Below are positions 37,791-50,903 of a stretch of 64,000 nucleotides of DNA, piece after piece. This stretch comes from Geosiphon pyriformis uo1 (Eukaryota; Fungi; Glomeromycota). The notes beneath the pieces are model-generated. The model was not told where the DNA came from. It did not search any database and saw only the letters and a program-made list of their open reading frames with translations. The stretch lies in NCBI GenBank assembly GCA_016748015.1, contig JAAOMT010000201.1, positions 515,520-579,519 of the forward strand, in the 5' to 3' direction. The position numbers and the translations under genes were made by a program. Within the stretch, counting starts at the first letter, position 1. Each line of letters starts with the position of its first letter.

Positions 37791-39829
37791 TAATTTATCT
37801 ATAGTATCATCATCAAAAAAAAAAGTATTCACTAACATAGAAAAAGGGAAAAATTTTGTCTTTGTCCAAACTGCACAGATTAGACTGGATTTGATAAAAA
37901 TTCAAAAATTGTGCAGTAAAATTCATAATATTAAAAAAAGTAAAAGTTTTTTGTTTGCACTCTAAAATAATTAATTTATATATTTTTATTATCACATAAT
38001 TGTAAATAAGTTGTTACATTTGGGAAAGTAATGAAAAGTAATATTTGTAGTTTTTCAAATATATGAGATATAACATTATTTAAAAGTAATAAAATATTTG
38101 TAGAATTTTGTATTTGAATATTAAATACTTATTGTCATGAGTATGTGAAATATTACAAAAATTTCTAAATTATTCGGGAATATTCTAGATGTTTGTAAAA
38201 TAATTTGCAAGAGATCGATGATATCTAGATATAAAAAGAGAGACTGAATTTAATCCCAGCTTTTCAAAGCAAATCAACTCCAGTTACGGAAATAGCAATT
38301 AGATTAGTCTTGTTTGATTATTTACCTAGTTTACCTTACCTGCTTCTTTTTGTCTTATTCCACTTTAAAATCTATAACCAAAACAAAAAAAATATAATTG
38401 TATTTATGCTCTATTATTTTTTATAATAGAGCTTTGTGTTAGTAATAACATATTTTAAAAAAGTTTGAAATTTTAATAAAATAAATAATATTTAAAGATA
38501 CACTTTTTTCTTTTTCACATTTAATAATTTCTCTAATATTATAATGCTTTCTGAAACAAGTTAAATATTGTTGCTTTTTGAAAACAATTAATCTTTATTA
38601 ATGCACAAAATTTCTAGTTTTTTTTGAAATAAGATATATCCAGATATTGAAAAGTTTATATTATTTTTTTTATCAAATCATAATTTTTTTAACTTTTCAA
38701 CAAATAAACTTGACATGTGTTTAAGTTTTTTAAATTTTCAAACATTGTAATGTTAAAAAAAATTGAGAAAGGGAAGATTCTAGTAAATAATCTTTTTTTT
38801 TATTGAAATTTTATTTATTTATTTATAAAAAAATACATTTAAATTTAAAAACTATTATTTTAATTTTAAATTTTAATTCATTTTATTTTTCATAAATTAT
38901 TTTTTTTACATTCAAAACTCTTGTAAATTTTAAGATTGATAGTTCAAAATTGGGGGGGGGTTTTTTTGATTATCGCTTCAAAATATAAATATATAATTTT
39001 TTGAAAAAAATGCAGTTCCTTTAAGTTATAACCAAAAATTTAGAATGCCAATTTTTTATGTAAGATACTTGGACTTTTAAAAAAAATTTCAAGCAAATTT
39101 TTTTAATATAATTATATTATCAATATAAAAATGTTATATTCAATAAGAAATAATTTTTTTACCCATTTTTCAAAGTCTATTAAAACTAAAAAGACCACTA
39201 TAAATGATTTTTAACCAAATTATAATTATTTTTTAAGTTATAATCAATGAAAAAGTTTCGAAATTACAAAAATAGTATATCCCATTCTAGACAACAAATT
39301 ATTATTTTACATTGATGAATAAATTTTAGAGTTTTAAAACCCAATAAAATTTTTAAAGTGCAAAGAAGCAAAGGACACAAAATGAGCAAATTCAAAAGGA
39401 AATATTTTAAACACTTGATCTTCTTCGAAACAAAATTTCCATCAGGGAATTCATTTGACAAAAAGTTATTATCTTTTTAAATTGTTTAAACTATTTAAAG
39501 TATGATCTGTAAAAGAAGGGTCAAGCCAAGATGGTTCTTGTATTTTTGCGTGATAAATCACATTTCATTTTATGATTAAAATTACCGGAATCAGAAAGGC
39601 ATTAAAAGTTCATTTTTATTTTGCTTAATTAAGTTTCTCATTTGTATAATTTGTTTCAGAATTAATATATGCATTATGAGCATTGTAGATTCTTTGGTAT
39701 AAACAACAGGTTGATTGAGAAATCAGGTTTAATAAATAATGCGTACTGGACAAAAGAAATAGGTGATCACAGAAAATCCTGATTATCCTGTGGCTCATAA
39801 TCCCGATTGCTCGAAAATTCTTCAAAAAG

Positions 39830-40400
39830 AGAGTGATCACGAGACAACTAGAGGGAAATATTCAAAATTGACACCCGTTTTTGGCATATGATAATTATCA
39901 ACAATTTCCAGGCTATCTGATCCGAAATCAATCAATAATTGACAGTTAACATATGGATTTCCCTTTGGAAACTTCCTATACGACAGCTCTCACCAATGCT
40001 CGCTCAAAAGAGATTATAGAAGTATTTAGGAGTCAACAGAACAGGGCGATTGGTGAAAATGTGAATGCTAACTTGTTCCCCTTCCCCCCCCCCCACTGTT
40101 AACCTTCAAGAGAATTTAGGATTATTCATATCTGGATCTGTTTAAAACGAAGTTGATCACTATACACAGCTGGAAGGAAATATTGAGAAGACATACTCAT
40201 TTTTGGCATATGAAAAAAATGATAATCATCCGAACCAAAATCAATCAATGGGTTCCCTGTTAGAAACTTCGTATTCGTGAAGAGAAAGTTTGGATAGTAA
40301 CTTGGTTCCCTCCAATTTTAATCTTCCAGATAATTCTATATTACTCATATCTGGGTCTGTTCAAAACGATACACAGTTGAAGGGAAATATTGACACTCTT
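39830..40400 (+). repeat. Degenerate internal tandem duplication (~2.3 units) within a probable gene relic
   Basis: Blocks ggaaatatt, ttttggcatatga, aaatcaatcaat, gaaacttc, taacttg.t.ccc and catatctgg.tctgtt.aaaacga recur in the same order in ~39830-40150 and ~40150-40370; ggaaatatt starts a partial third unit at ~40382. Confidence 0.7.
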
Positions 40401-42849
40401 AGATATATTTCATCAGCGAAAACTTTGCTCAACAATGCCTAGTCAAAAAACGAAATAATGAATGAAAACCTGTCTTTCAGTTTCAATGCTTTTGATTCTA
40501 AGCCACAAGATCATATGGAAATTTTGGGTAACAAAGAATGCAAATATTTGAAATTTTTATTCTCTATTGATAAAATTTCTTGATTTCCAAAGAATTCACA
40601 ACTAATAATTAATAATATATATGTTAGTAACATGAACTATTCGGATGGCAAGTGTGAAAGTAATTTTTGTAATTTATGCATCATTTAACGATAATTAAAT
40701 GATAAAGTGGTCTTTAATTTTCTTAGGCAAGACTTAGTTACTAAAAGTGAAATAAAAATCTTCAGCCTCGTTTATAAGAGTTCCACGAGTTTCGACGATC
40801 GTTAAAGAAAGAAAACGCGCCAGGTCTTCCTTAATGTACTCCATCTTTCTTTAGAAGAACGAGAACAACAACAACAACAACAACAACACATTTCACCCTA
40901 AAAACAGTCATGTAAACCCAAATTCAAAATAAGATATTATGATCCAACTAGCCACATATTTTATCTTTTCCCAATTCTCTAATCACCTATTTTTAAATTA
41001 TTTCGCCTCTGTAAAATCTTAAAACCAGAAAAAGTTTTCATAATGTTGGACCACTGCAGATAAGAAGCATATCGAGAAGAATACTTCAGATAATTAGGTT
41101 AATTTTTGTTACTTTTTTTATAATAAAACGAATACTTTAGGTGTTGTTTGACATTGATGTTTTGATATTTTTAATAAAATTACACAGATGATTTAACAAT
41201 GCAAATATTGTGTAAATCAATCGGATAATTATCATTCTCGATTTTCTTTTGATTGTGTTTTCCATCCTCTTTAAGAAAATATATATTTAGATTTTTTCTT
41301 GCGATTGGTCAAAATTATCTGATCATCTAATCTTTGAAATTAATTTCCGGAAATTAATTAATAATTGAATCAATGCCATTGATTCTAAAGAATTCACCAT
41401 TTGGCAATGACAGAATGAATCCTTTTTCTCAGTTGTTGTGTATTACGAGTAAGGATAGATTTTTTCTTGATGTTGGGGAACTTCTTTACCATATATGTAA
41501 TATAGATATTATGAAATGTCATCTTAATTAGATCATTATTAAGAAGTTTCTGTATGAAAGGAATTAATTTTTGGCTATGGAAACTTCTGGTGTCATGTTT
41601 CGAATTTGGCTTTCAACATTATAAATTTAATGGTCATGAAATAAAATTAAAGAGCTAATGATCTTTTTTAGAAGTTTTAATGATGCATTCAAGATTCCTT
41701 TTATATTATCAAAGATCTTCCATAAAAAATCTTGTTTTTATGCGACACAAGGGTGAAACTAACTGCTTATCGTTTCATTCATGATTAGTCTTTTTTATTC
41801 CGAGAAAAATTTAATATCATTTCTTTTTTCATTCAAGAATTACGAAAATTTATGGATTTGGCTATATTAAATCTGATCCAAAATGTAAATAACACAAATT
41901 TTATGAATGAAAGCAATTAAAAACTTAAAAACAGTAATGAATAAATCAACCCATTTAAAATTTAATGATTGTATTTTGGGTAATGAGTGAATGAATGAAT
42001 GAATGAATGAATGAAGCTATTTGAAAACTTTAAATTTATATAATCACTAAATTTGATGATGATTTACCTCTTACCATTGTAACAGTTTTTGCCCTTCTCA
42101 ATACTTCTTTATGAATTTTGCAATCATTTGCAGTTTTTATTTATACCTATTCTTCACAGAATTTGGTTTTTGATGACTTTTAGCAACGGCATAAGAGGAA
42201 CAGAACTTTTGTCTAATCAAAAAGATTGGTTCGAGGGATAAATCTTTTTTCTTAATGACAATATTAGTGGTTTTACACCCCTAAAGCCAAATATTTAAAA
42301 GATTTTACAATGAGAAAGTTTCACAAATTATATAGAGTAAATGAAAGAAAAAAAAATTTGCCTAATAAAATTGAATTGCATTTAGCGATGTTTTAACGGT
42401 GTTTTTCACGGTGCTTTTTCATGGTGCTTTTAAAGATCCCTTTGATTGTTTATTTGAAATCTTTTATGCTCAGTGTTAAATAATTATCAATAATTTGCGC
42501 TAAATGCTCAGATATTTTATTACAAAAAGCACTATGCTGTGGCAATACGAAGCCAATTCTAATTTCCTTTTTAGTGAAGAACCTTGAGACGTTGTGCCCA
42601 AGTACCTTTTCTAAGAAATTTTGAGTCAAGATTTTTAATAGATTTTTAATGGTAAGGGTAATGTTTTTTATGACAAATAAATTTTGCATACTTTAAATGG
42701 TAGTCCACAATGAGACTTTAGATTATTCCAAACTCTTTATTAAGATACATTTGATATTCTAATTTTGGAAGTTCCCATTAAAAAAATATATTATAAAAGT
42801 ACCTGCTTTAAGATGAAATTTTTTTATTCTTTGGAATTAAGAACATTAA

Positions 42850-43833
42850 ATGAACGACATTATAACCAACTCTCATGAAAAAAATATTATTCATTCTTGT
42901 TATCTGGAAGATGGTGAAATCAAAATTATAACTGAGGGAAAATGCTCCCATTTCGTGTCTTTCAAGGTATTTAAAAAAAAATTGCTAAAAATTGAAGTAT
43001 TGCTTTTTCATGGTAATGCTCTCTCTGACAAACTCTTTTACAAATTATCTATTTTTTAGCTCAGAAATGTTAAAAAGGTGATTTCCAGCAATCGTGGCCA
43101 AAGTAAAAAAGCCCCTAACGGCTTTTTAATCTTTAAATCTTCTTGTCATGATTGCTTTAACGATTGGGATGAAAAATGTTCTCCTACATGTTCTTTGCCG
43201 GCGAAGAATGATGCCAAAGTAATGTCCAAATTTGCAGGGGCCGCCTGGGAATTATTGGCAGAAAAATCAAAAAAGGAGGTTTCTAAAATCTCTAAAGAGG
43301 CACAAGAAATGCTAAAATCTCAGTATATCTTTATTAAGGAAACCCCCAATACTTGCAAAAATAATTCCAAAAGAAAAAACAAGTATTCAAACCCACAAAA
43401 AGCTCCTATCCCAAAAAATTATGACAGAGCTGTTGAAGTAGAGTCAACTGAAGCCGTTGAGGAGGGTCAAAAAATGCCAGATTCATCGATTATGCCTGAA
43501 ACTGATTGGTTTACGCCTGGAGAAGATCAGTATGAGTCAACTATGCCTGGAGATGACCGGTATCAAATTATGGAAGGAACTAATCTACAATTAGAGGATT
43601 TTTCAGCCGTAAACACATTGTGGCTAGGCGTCAATTATATTTCAAGTCCTACTTGCTTTCTTGAAGATTCTTTTCAGTCTGAAGACAATTTTCAGTTTGA
43701 AGACAATTTTCAGCTTGAAGACAATTTTCAGTTTGAAGACAATTTTCAGTTTGAAGACAATTTTCAGTTTGAAGACAATTTTCAGTTTGAAGACAATTTT
43801 CAGTTTGAAGACAATTTTCAAGGAGCTTTTTAA
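42850..43833 (+). CDS. Divergent HMG-box-like protein (~296 aa, 2 exons) with C-terminal hexapeptide repeats
   Basis: Exon 1 42850-42966, GT-AG intron, exon 2 43060-43833 in frame. KKAPNGFLIFK...MSKFAGAAWELLAEKSKKEVSKISKEAQ matches MATA-HMG helices (RPPNAFIIYR...SKxAGxxWxxxxxxxK). Confidence 0.8.
43660..43821 (+). repeat. Coding minisatellite, 18 bp x 9 (tttgaagacaattttcag) encoding (F/L/S)ED(N/S)FQ
   Basis: Directly visible and nearly perfect. It also explains the overlapping spurious ORFs. Confidence 0.95.
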
Positions 43834-45128
43834 TCACTTGAAAATACCAATAGAAAAAAAAATTATTTTTCAGGATCTCTCTTCATTTTTTAAATTTTTA
43901 ATTTTCTCATATTGTTAAATTTTTTTTGTTGAAATTTTTAGATCTCATTTAAAATTTTTTTTTTGAAAAACATAAGAAATATTGTTTTCATAACAAAAAC
44001 TACCATTATTCAAAAAATCCAGTTCAAGATAAACTATCAAAAGAAAGCTTCCAAGATCTTTACTTATTTTAAATATAATAGTACCCCTTTTTTTTTAAAA
44101 AAAAAAAAAGAATTTATTTCTTTGCAAAAAACATAATAAAATAATTCGATATAAAATTATTGACTTTCGAAAATAAAATAAATTAGGTAGACTATATTTA
44201 CGCTAATTTTTAAGCGGTTAATAACCTTTGAAAAAAATAAATAACGATTTATGATATCAAAAAAAAAATATAATAAAAATTTGAAAAATTATGTTTCAAA
44301 AAATTTACCAATCATCTCTTGAAGAAATTTTGTATATACCAAATTGGGGTGATATACCTTTTCTCATTTAGAAGATGAAAAAGCTAGCCATGAGTTCATT
44401 CATTTTATAAATGTGAAAGAAGTTTTTTTCATATAGAAATAATCTTATCAAAATCCCTGGTAAGCATGAACAGTAATGAATATTTATTAATATATAAATT
44501 ATTACAAAATTTTTTTTTTAAAAGTTTACCCAAAACTTGTTCAAACATTATACTAAAATTAATAAAACCATCCCAGGAAAAAAAAAAGATTGATCCGAGA
44601 TTTTTCTTTCCAAAAATAGCCACTACTAAAGAAAAGTTTGTGCGTTGAAATTTAAACTTAATCATGAACTCATTTGCTAATGTACGAAAATGTTTAATAT
44701 GGGAATCAAAATAAAATGGTTTTAGGTAGAAGGATCCAACAAAGCAAGATATCTTTTTAGTTTCAAACATAATGCCATATAAAAAGTTGTACACAAGTTA
44801 TTTTAGGATCTTTTAGCACACTAAATATAAATTAAAATTTGTAAAGATATAAAATTAAGTACTTAAACAGGGGACATGTAAAAGAGCAAGATTCCTTATT
44901 TCGTTTCAAAATTTAAACTGGGGTTGCTTTGTCATTAATAATAAAAATTTGTTCGAATAAACTGATTTATGCTAGGACATTGATTTAACGATATCTATTC
45001 GCTGAAACCTTACAATGGTAATTGAAAATCTTACTATTTTGGTCCATTATCATTTTTATAAATCAAATGTAAGTTAAAAAAAATGAGCTTTCACCCGCCA
45101 AAAAACCGATTTTTCTTTGGTATTTTTA

Positions 45129-45968
45129 ATGAAAATGTCAAGTCCTGCTTCAAATTCCAAGGAAATTCCATTGACCATTAATAAAGATCAAACTTTTTTT
45201 TCATTATCCTTAAAATGCTCCTTCGTTTCTAAACCTCATTATCTAGAAATTCCGATTTTAACAGACAATGAGATTTTTGCAAAACACCAAAGCGACCAAA
45301 TATCAAACTACCATTTCATTTTCCAACTGTGCCTCTTTGATGCCTTTAATCAATATCCATGGACATGTGAAAATAAAAATTGTCCGCTTTATAATTCTGG
45401 TGGTAAAGGGATACCGAAGTTAGCAAAGGGTATTTTAGACTATGAATCCGAAAATTCTCCATCAAAACAATATCTAAGAAATATATATAAGCGGGTAAAA
45501 AATCTTAGAGATGAAAGTCGCGGTAAATTCATATGGGTCGAGGAGAAAATAAAGCAGAAGCTACTTCCTAGAGAGACAAATTGTATCGAATATTCCCGTG
45601 CCGAAATTCCTCCAAATAATTCAGATTCGCGGTCTCTATCCATACCACTGAGCGCTTATGATGTGGGACGTGAGGGTCAGCAGAACAATGACAAACCATT
45701 CTTAACGTCCCCGGAAATTTGTTTGAACCAAGGCCAATCATTACCACAAATTTCTGATAAGCAAGTGATGATTTATACGGAATACCAGCTATCCGATTCT
45801 AGAGTAAAAGAACTCTACTGTGCATATATCGAGGAATCGTCTTTTAACTTGGAAGATAAAACTGTTTTTGATGATTTATTCAAAGATGAATCCAAACTTG
45901 ACTCTTTTCCAGAAAGTTGCCGACCGGGCTTCATGTTACCTCAAGTTGTAAAAGATTATGGTAATTAA
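45129..45968 (+). CDS. Highly divergent HMG-box-like protein (~279 aa), paralog-like to the 42850 gene
   Basis: Intronless ORF. KCSFVSKPH...ISNYHFIFQLCLFDAF...WTCENKNC...IPKLAKGIL...KQYLRNIY...FIWVEE parallels the layout of the 42850 protein. Acidic C-terminus. Confidence 0.65.
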   Translation: MKMSSPASNSKEIPLTINKDQTFFSLSLKCSFVSKPHYLEIPILTDNEIFAKHQSDQISNYHFIFQLCLFDAFNQYPWTCENKNCPLYNSGGKGIPKLAKGILDYESENSPSKQYLRNIYKRVKNLRDESRGKFIWVEEKIKQKLLPRETNCIEYSRAEIPPNNSDSRSLSIPLSAYDVGREGQQNNDKPFLTSPEICLNQGQSLPQISDKQVMIYTEYQLSDSRVKELYCAYIEESSFNLEDKTVFDDLFKDESKLDSFPESCRPGFMLPQVVKDYGN

Positions 45969-48254
45969 AAATGTAAATTTTCAAAATTGGCCACTCTTAA
46001 TTCAAAAGTTATTCATTTCAGATGAAACTTTCTCCCTCAAAAATCTTGATCTTAAGGATGATATGTGAAGCAAATCAATCCAGGTAATTCTCGTCCATGT
46101 AATAAACTTTTACTTAATGAAAATAAGAGGATATATAACCTGATAATATCAAAATTTTTTAACGTTCCCCCAAGATAAACGTGACAACTCTGCGCCATCC
46201 ACCGGTTTTTGAGTCAAGTCGTTGATTTACATAAGAAATAAGCTGTTGAAGTTTTGGGAAGGCATATATTTATGTATTTTATCGTTGTATTATTTACTTT
46301 GAGTTTAAAATTTTAAGGGCTAAATTCCAAGATATATCGCTTCTGGTTGGCTGATATTTGTTGTACTAGAATTGTGAAATGAACACATATTAATAAATAT
46401 TCAAAATTAAAAATCAATTCTCATTGTCAATTTTGCGTACAATGTACTCCGCAGATTTAATACTATCAAATTCAAATGTTGAATCCTTCTCTCTACCAAT
46501 AATGCTATGTGTGTCGTATACGATATTTAAAGTTTCCCCATTTCATACTCAAAAAGAATCCTTTTTAGTATTGTGATCAGCTCCCCATAAAAATTAAGTT
46601 ACATTTTAATTTTATAACGATCATTTGATAACTTTTACTGATTTAATCTGAACTTATGATTCAACTGAAAATATAAAGAATTCATTAAAGTCTCAAAAAA
46701 ACTTTTTATTTACTAATTTTGGATTAAATATTTTACAAATACTAAATGGTTAGTTTCCTCAATAATTTTGGCTTTCTATTGACCCTTTGCCCATCCAATT
46801 AAAGATGTATCCTCAACTAATTAGCTGATGTGAAAAATAGCCATTGGTTGCAACTGATTTAGTGACAATTTTACATTTTGATCAAAAAAATTATTATCTC
46901 TTGCTTAAAACATCCAAAAAATTCTTCAAAAAACTTTTTGTTGACTATAGAAAGAGTTAACAGATTTATTTAAAAAGCAAAAAAAAGTTGTACCATAATA
47001 AAAAGAACTAGACATTTTGTAAAACATCAATCTTTGCAACAGGAAAAAATCACTTATAAACTAATGCATTAAAAACCATCTTGAAGTTGTATATTTTTGG
47101 TGAAGTAAAATTCCTTTAATTAAAAAATCTTTTTGTTTACTCAAAATTGGTATTAGATTTCAGAAGTTTTTTGTATTCTTTTTAGGTTAGATTAAATGAC
47201 TTTTGATAAAAAATCTTGAAAAAACTCGGAAGCTTACAGCGACTTGTGGACTAAGTACCAGATTTCCAAGTTATTTTGATATTATCAACGTTTAAAGCTA
47301 AATCAATTATTTTAAGATGTTAATTTAAGAGTAAAAACAAAATTTAATGCAATAATTAGCAAAAAGAGTTTAAAGGAATCAAGATCATTTTGAAATTTTT
47401 CAAACTTGAGAGGCTATGAAAATTTTATATGTTTTTTAAAGAAAAAATGAACACAAAGTTGATTGAACTTTACTCATTCAATCTCGAACTCTACCCCACT
47501 ATAACTTACTAACACTTTTAACTAAAAATTTAATAAATGAGGTATATTTAGCAATTATCTAAAAAATGGCACATTAAATTTGGAAAAATACATGTAATTA
47601 ATAAATGGTTAAATTTTTTATTAGAAAATTAATTAAGATGTTCCAAATCACATAAAAATTATGTTTATTATTTTAAAAAAAATTTGAAACTCATTTATTT
47701 AAATTATAAAAATTACATACTTCAAAATATTGAAACTTTAAATTAATATTAATTTATGTTATTACCAATCTTAATTTTTTTGTATTTGAATTCCATTGAA
47801 CATCTTTTCAGTTTAATTTTACAATTTTCTTATATTTGTAAATTGAATGGGTAAATTTTTTTGAAATGATATAATAAAATAACTATTTCAAGATCTTATT
47901 TCCATAAATGTAATTTTAATTTTTTTTTGATTTTTATCAGCTTGCCACTTTGATAGATTTAAAATTTTCTTGAAAAGTGTTCTTTCCAAATTTGCCTAAT
48001 ATAATACACAAGATTTTTGCATCGATAATTATTAATTTTTGAAAAGAAGCTTTTTTTATAAAATAAAAATTTAATTTAATGTAAAAAATGTCGATATTAT
48101 ATTTCTACATAATTAGAAAAAAAATTATATATTTTTTGCGTAAACAAAAGGTTTAATTTCTAAAAAATCAATCAACACTAAAAGAGTTTTTTATAATTCA
48201 TTTAGAAAGCTAAAATGGGCTAAGATGTATTTGATAATTTAATGGTCTTGTGAG

Positions 48255-48340
48255 TAGTCTTTGATTGGCTTAGGTGGCTGGTCACGCGTAGTTTGTTGCA
48301 TTGCACGAAAATAGTTGTTGGTTGGACTAGACTTGGTTTA
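48255..48340 (+). mobile_element. Degenerate LINE 3'-UTR copy (copy D, internally deleted)
   Basis: ttgattggcttaggtggctggtcacgcgtag...ttgttgcattgca...tagttgttggttggactagacttgg. Confidence 0.65.
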
Positions 48341-50481
48341 AAAATAAATAAATCAAAAAGCTAAAACAACTTATTTTTTTATAACTAGTGTCATATAATA
48401 ATAAAAATTTTCCAACACATTGAAAATTACATGTGTTTTAAAATTTGGCAATAATTGAAATTTTATTTGACAGAAATCAAAATAAAATATATCAAAGAAC
48501 ACGATATATAATAATAATAAGCTTTCTTTTGATACCAAACATCCAACTATTTGGCTTAATTGTTTTTTTATCAAAATAAAATTATTTTATAGCATATTAA
48601 TAAAATAAGTTTCTCAACCAAAATAGTTAAACAATCAATATATTTAATTAATTTACTTAATAAATTATCAAATTTGAACTTGGTTTTTATTGTGTAAAAA
48701 TAAGAGTTTCGGTACAAATTTTTAAGTGCTTTATAAGTTTTAACATATTACTTAATATATAATTAATAAACTTAATTTTTTCTACTACTATATTTTTATT
48801 TCTCAATTAATCAAAAATCTTAAATCGTCTAACTAATTTTCTACTCTAAAACATTAAAAATATTTATAATTTTATTTGTTAATTTTTTTAATTATTAAAA
48901 TTCATATATTTTTTGGTCAACACACCAATTGTTATGAATTTTAATTTTTTTAAAATTTTCTTTTCTAATAATTTGAATTTGAATTTTGATTTCATATCAG
49001 TGTTATTAATTTCAATTTTTGATAAACATAATAATTTAATTATTTAACTGTCAAAAACATATTTTCTTTCTTCTTCCAAAAAACTATTTCAGAATTAAAT
49101 TAAATATTTTTTTTGAAAAAATACATATTTTAATTAATATATAGTCAAATATCATATTAGTTTTTATTAAAAATTTTATTTTTAAAATTATTATATAATT
49201 ATTTATCCTCTAAAAACCCAATTCTATATTTGCTTATAAATCAAAAAAATAAATAATTTGTTTCAACATTATATTTTTATGAGGTTTAAATTATAAATTA
49301 ATAGAAAAAAAAGAATAAAAAGACCAATAAATAAAATACAGTAAAAAAGTTTAATAATTAAATCAAGTCAACAATTTTTTTTTAAAAAAAAACAAAGAAT
49401 ATTATTTAAACTAATTTATAATTTTATAACGTGAAATATTTATACTTGAAGAATATTTCATATTGTCTTCCAAGGTAAAACTAAAATTAAATTAAAATTA
49501 AAGAATTAATATTAATTTTTATTAATTATACTTGAAATTGACTAATTAATTAAAAATAATTATAAATACAATAGTAAAATTAATTAAAATAGAATCAAGT
49601 ATTAAAAAAATAAAAGTTAAATTTGTCTGCAAAAAAAATTAAATCAAGTAAGAATAATATTGAACTTTTTAAATAACATTTGATGTAAATAAAAATTATT
49701 AAAAAAATTAATTTTTTTGCATATTATTTAATTCCAATTTTCTTAGTTTTAATTAATATTAATCTTGTAAAAAATTACTTATTTTTAAAAAAATTTCAAA
49801 AATAATATATTCAAAATATTTATTATAATTTTATGAATTAAAATAACAAATTAAAAAATAGCAAAAGAAAACTGAGTAAGAGCAATAAAAAATTAAGTGA
49901 ATTTTATGTGTAAGTAATTGAATTTAATGTTAATAATTAAATTATAATTAAGTTAATAAATAAATTTCAAAAATAAAGTAGTTAAAAATATTTTTTAAGT
50001 TAAATATTCACTTGTAATACTATATTTAAAATTTGTTTTTTATTTTTTATTTATTATTTATAAATTAATTATTAATAATTATTAATTAATTTAATTAATA
50101 ATTATTTATTTATTTAAGTTAAATATTTTCTTTATATGAAGATTTTATAAATAAATTTTTTTAAATATACTTCAATGCTTATATTAAAAAAATTTAATCT
50201 ATATATTTTTTTAAACTTTTAATATTAACATCAAAATTAAATTTATCTTTTGTTTTTTATCAGTAATCAATAACCAAATGTTTGTTTTTTATATTAGTTA
50301 TTTGATTTATCATATGTTTGTTACTTATTAAAAAAAATTCATTTTTTAAATTACATAATTAATAAATATTTATAATTACTTTAAGAAAAAATTATTCGAA
50401 TATATTTATTTTATAATTAAAATTCTGTTGTATATTAACTACAATTTTTATCTCTACAATTTTTTTCTTAAATATTGTATC

Positions 50482-50585
50482 AAGTGGCTGATCACGTGTA
50501 GGGAAACAAATGAGTTGCGTTTAAAATGGAATATGTACATGTCGGATGTAATTAAATAGCAGTTGGATCAAACCATATGTTAAGC
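50482..50585 (+). mobile_element. Degenerate LINE 3'-UTR copy (copy E)
   Basis: agtggctgatcacgtgtagggaaac..atgagttgcgt...tggaatat...tagcagttggatc is colinear with copies A-D. Confidence 0.55.
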
Positions 50586-50903
50586 AATATAAAAATTTGT
50601 GTCAAAAGTATTTTACCTAAATAATAAACTGAGCTTTATAGGCAATTTCATTAATTGTGTGTTAAAAGCTATTAAATTGTTTTTATTAACAAGTCTTGAA
50701 TAAAATTACAGTTAAAATTTAATGTATTTTAGAATTTTAAAAAAATAGTAAATAGCCCAAAAATGTGTTGTAATTGATTCTCTACCGTTTTCAATCTTTA
50801 CTTTGTTCGATTCCCAACAAAAATAATTCAATTGTTTGATTTACTTTAAGCATAAATAAAATGTTTAAAATATTTACATTATAAATCGATCTATATATTA
50901 GGT

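Noticed and set aside
40680-42720. Coding-like patches and ORF 42450-42689
   Set aside because: No recognisable motif or consistent exon chain was found.
43649-43918. Overlapping ORFs (ENCLQT)n and (LKTIFS)n; CRISPR-like appearance of the repeat
   Set aside because: These are by-products of a stop-free 18-bp tandem repeat. The units are contiguous with no spacers and the context is eukaryotic.
42850-45968. Mating-type (sexM/sexP-like) locus
   Set aside because: HMG genes are highly multicopy in this fungal group. No flanking TPT, RNA helicase or homeodomain genes are present in the window.
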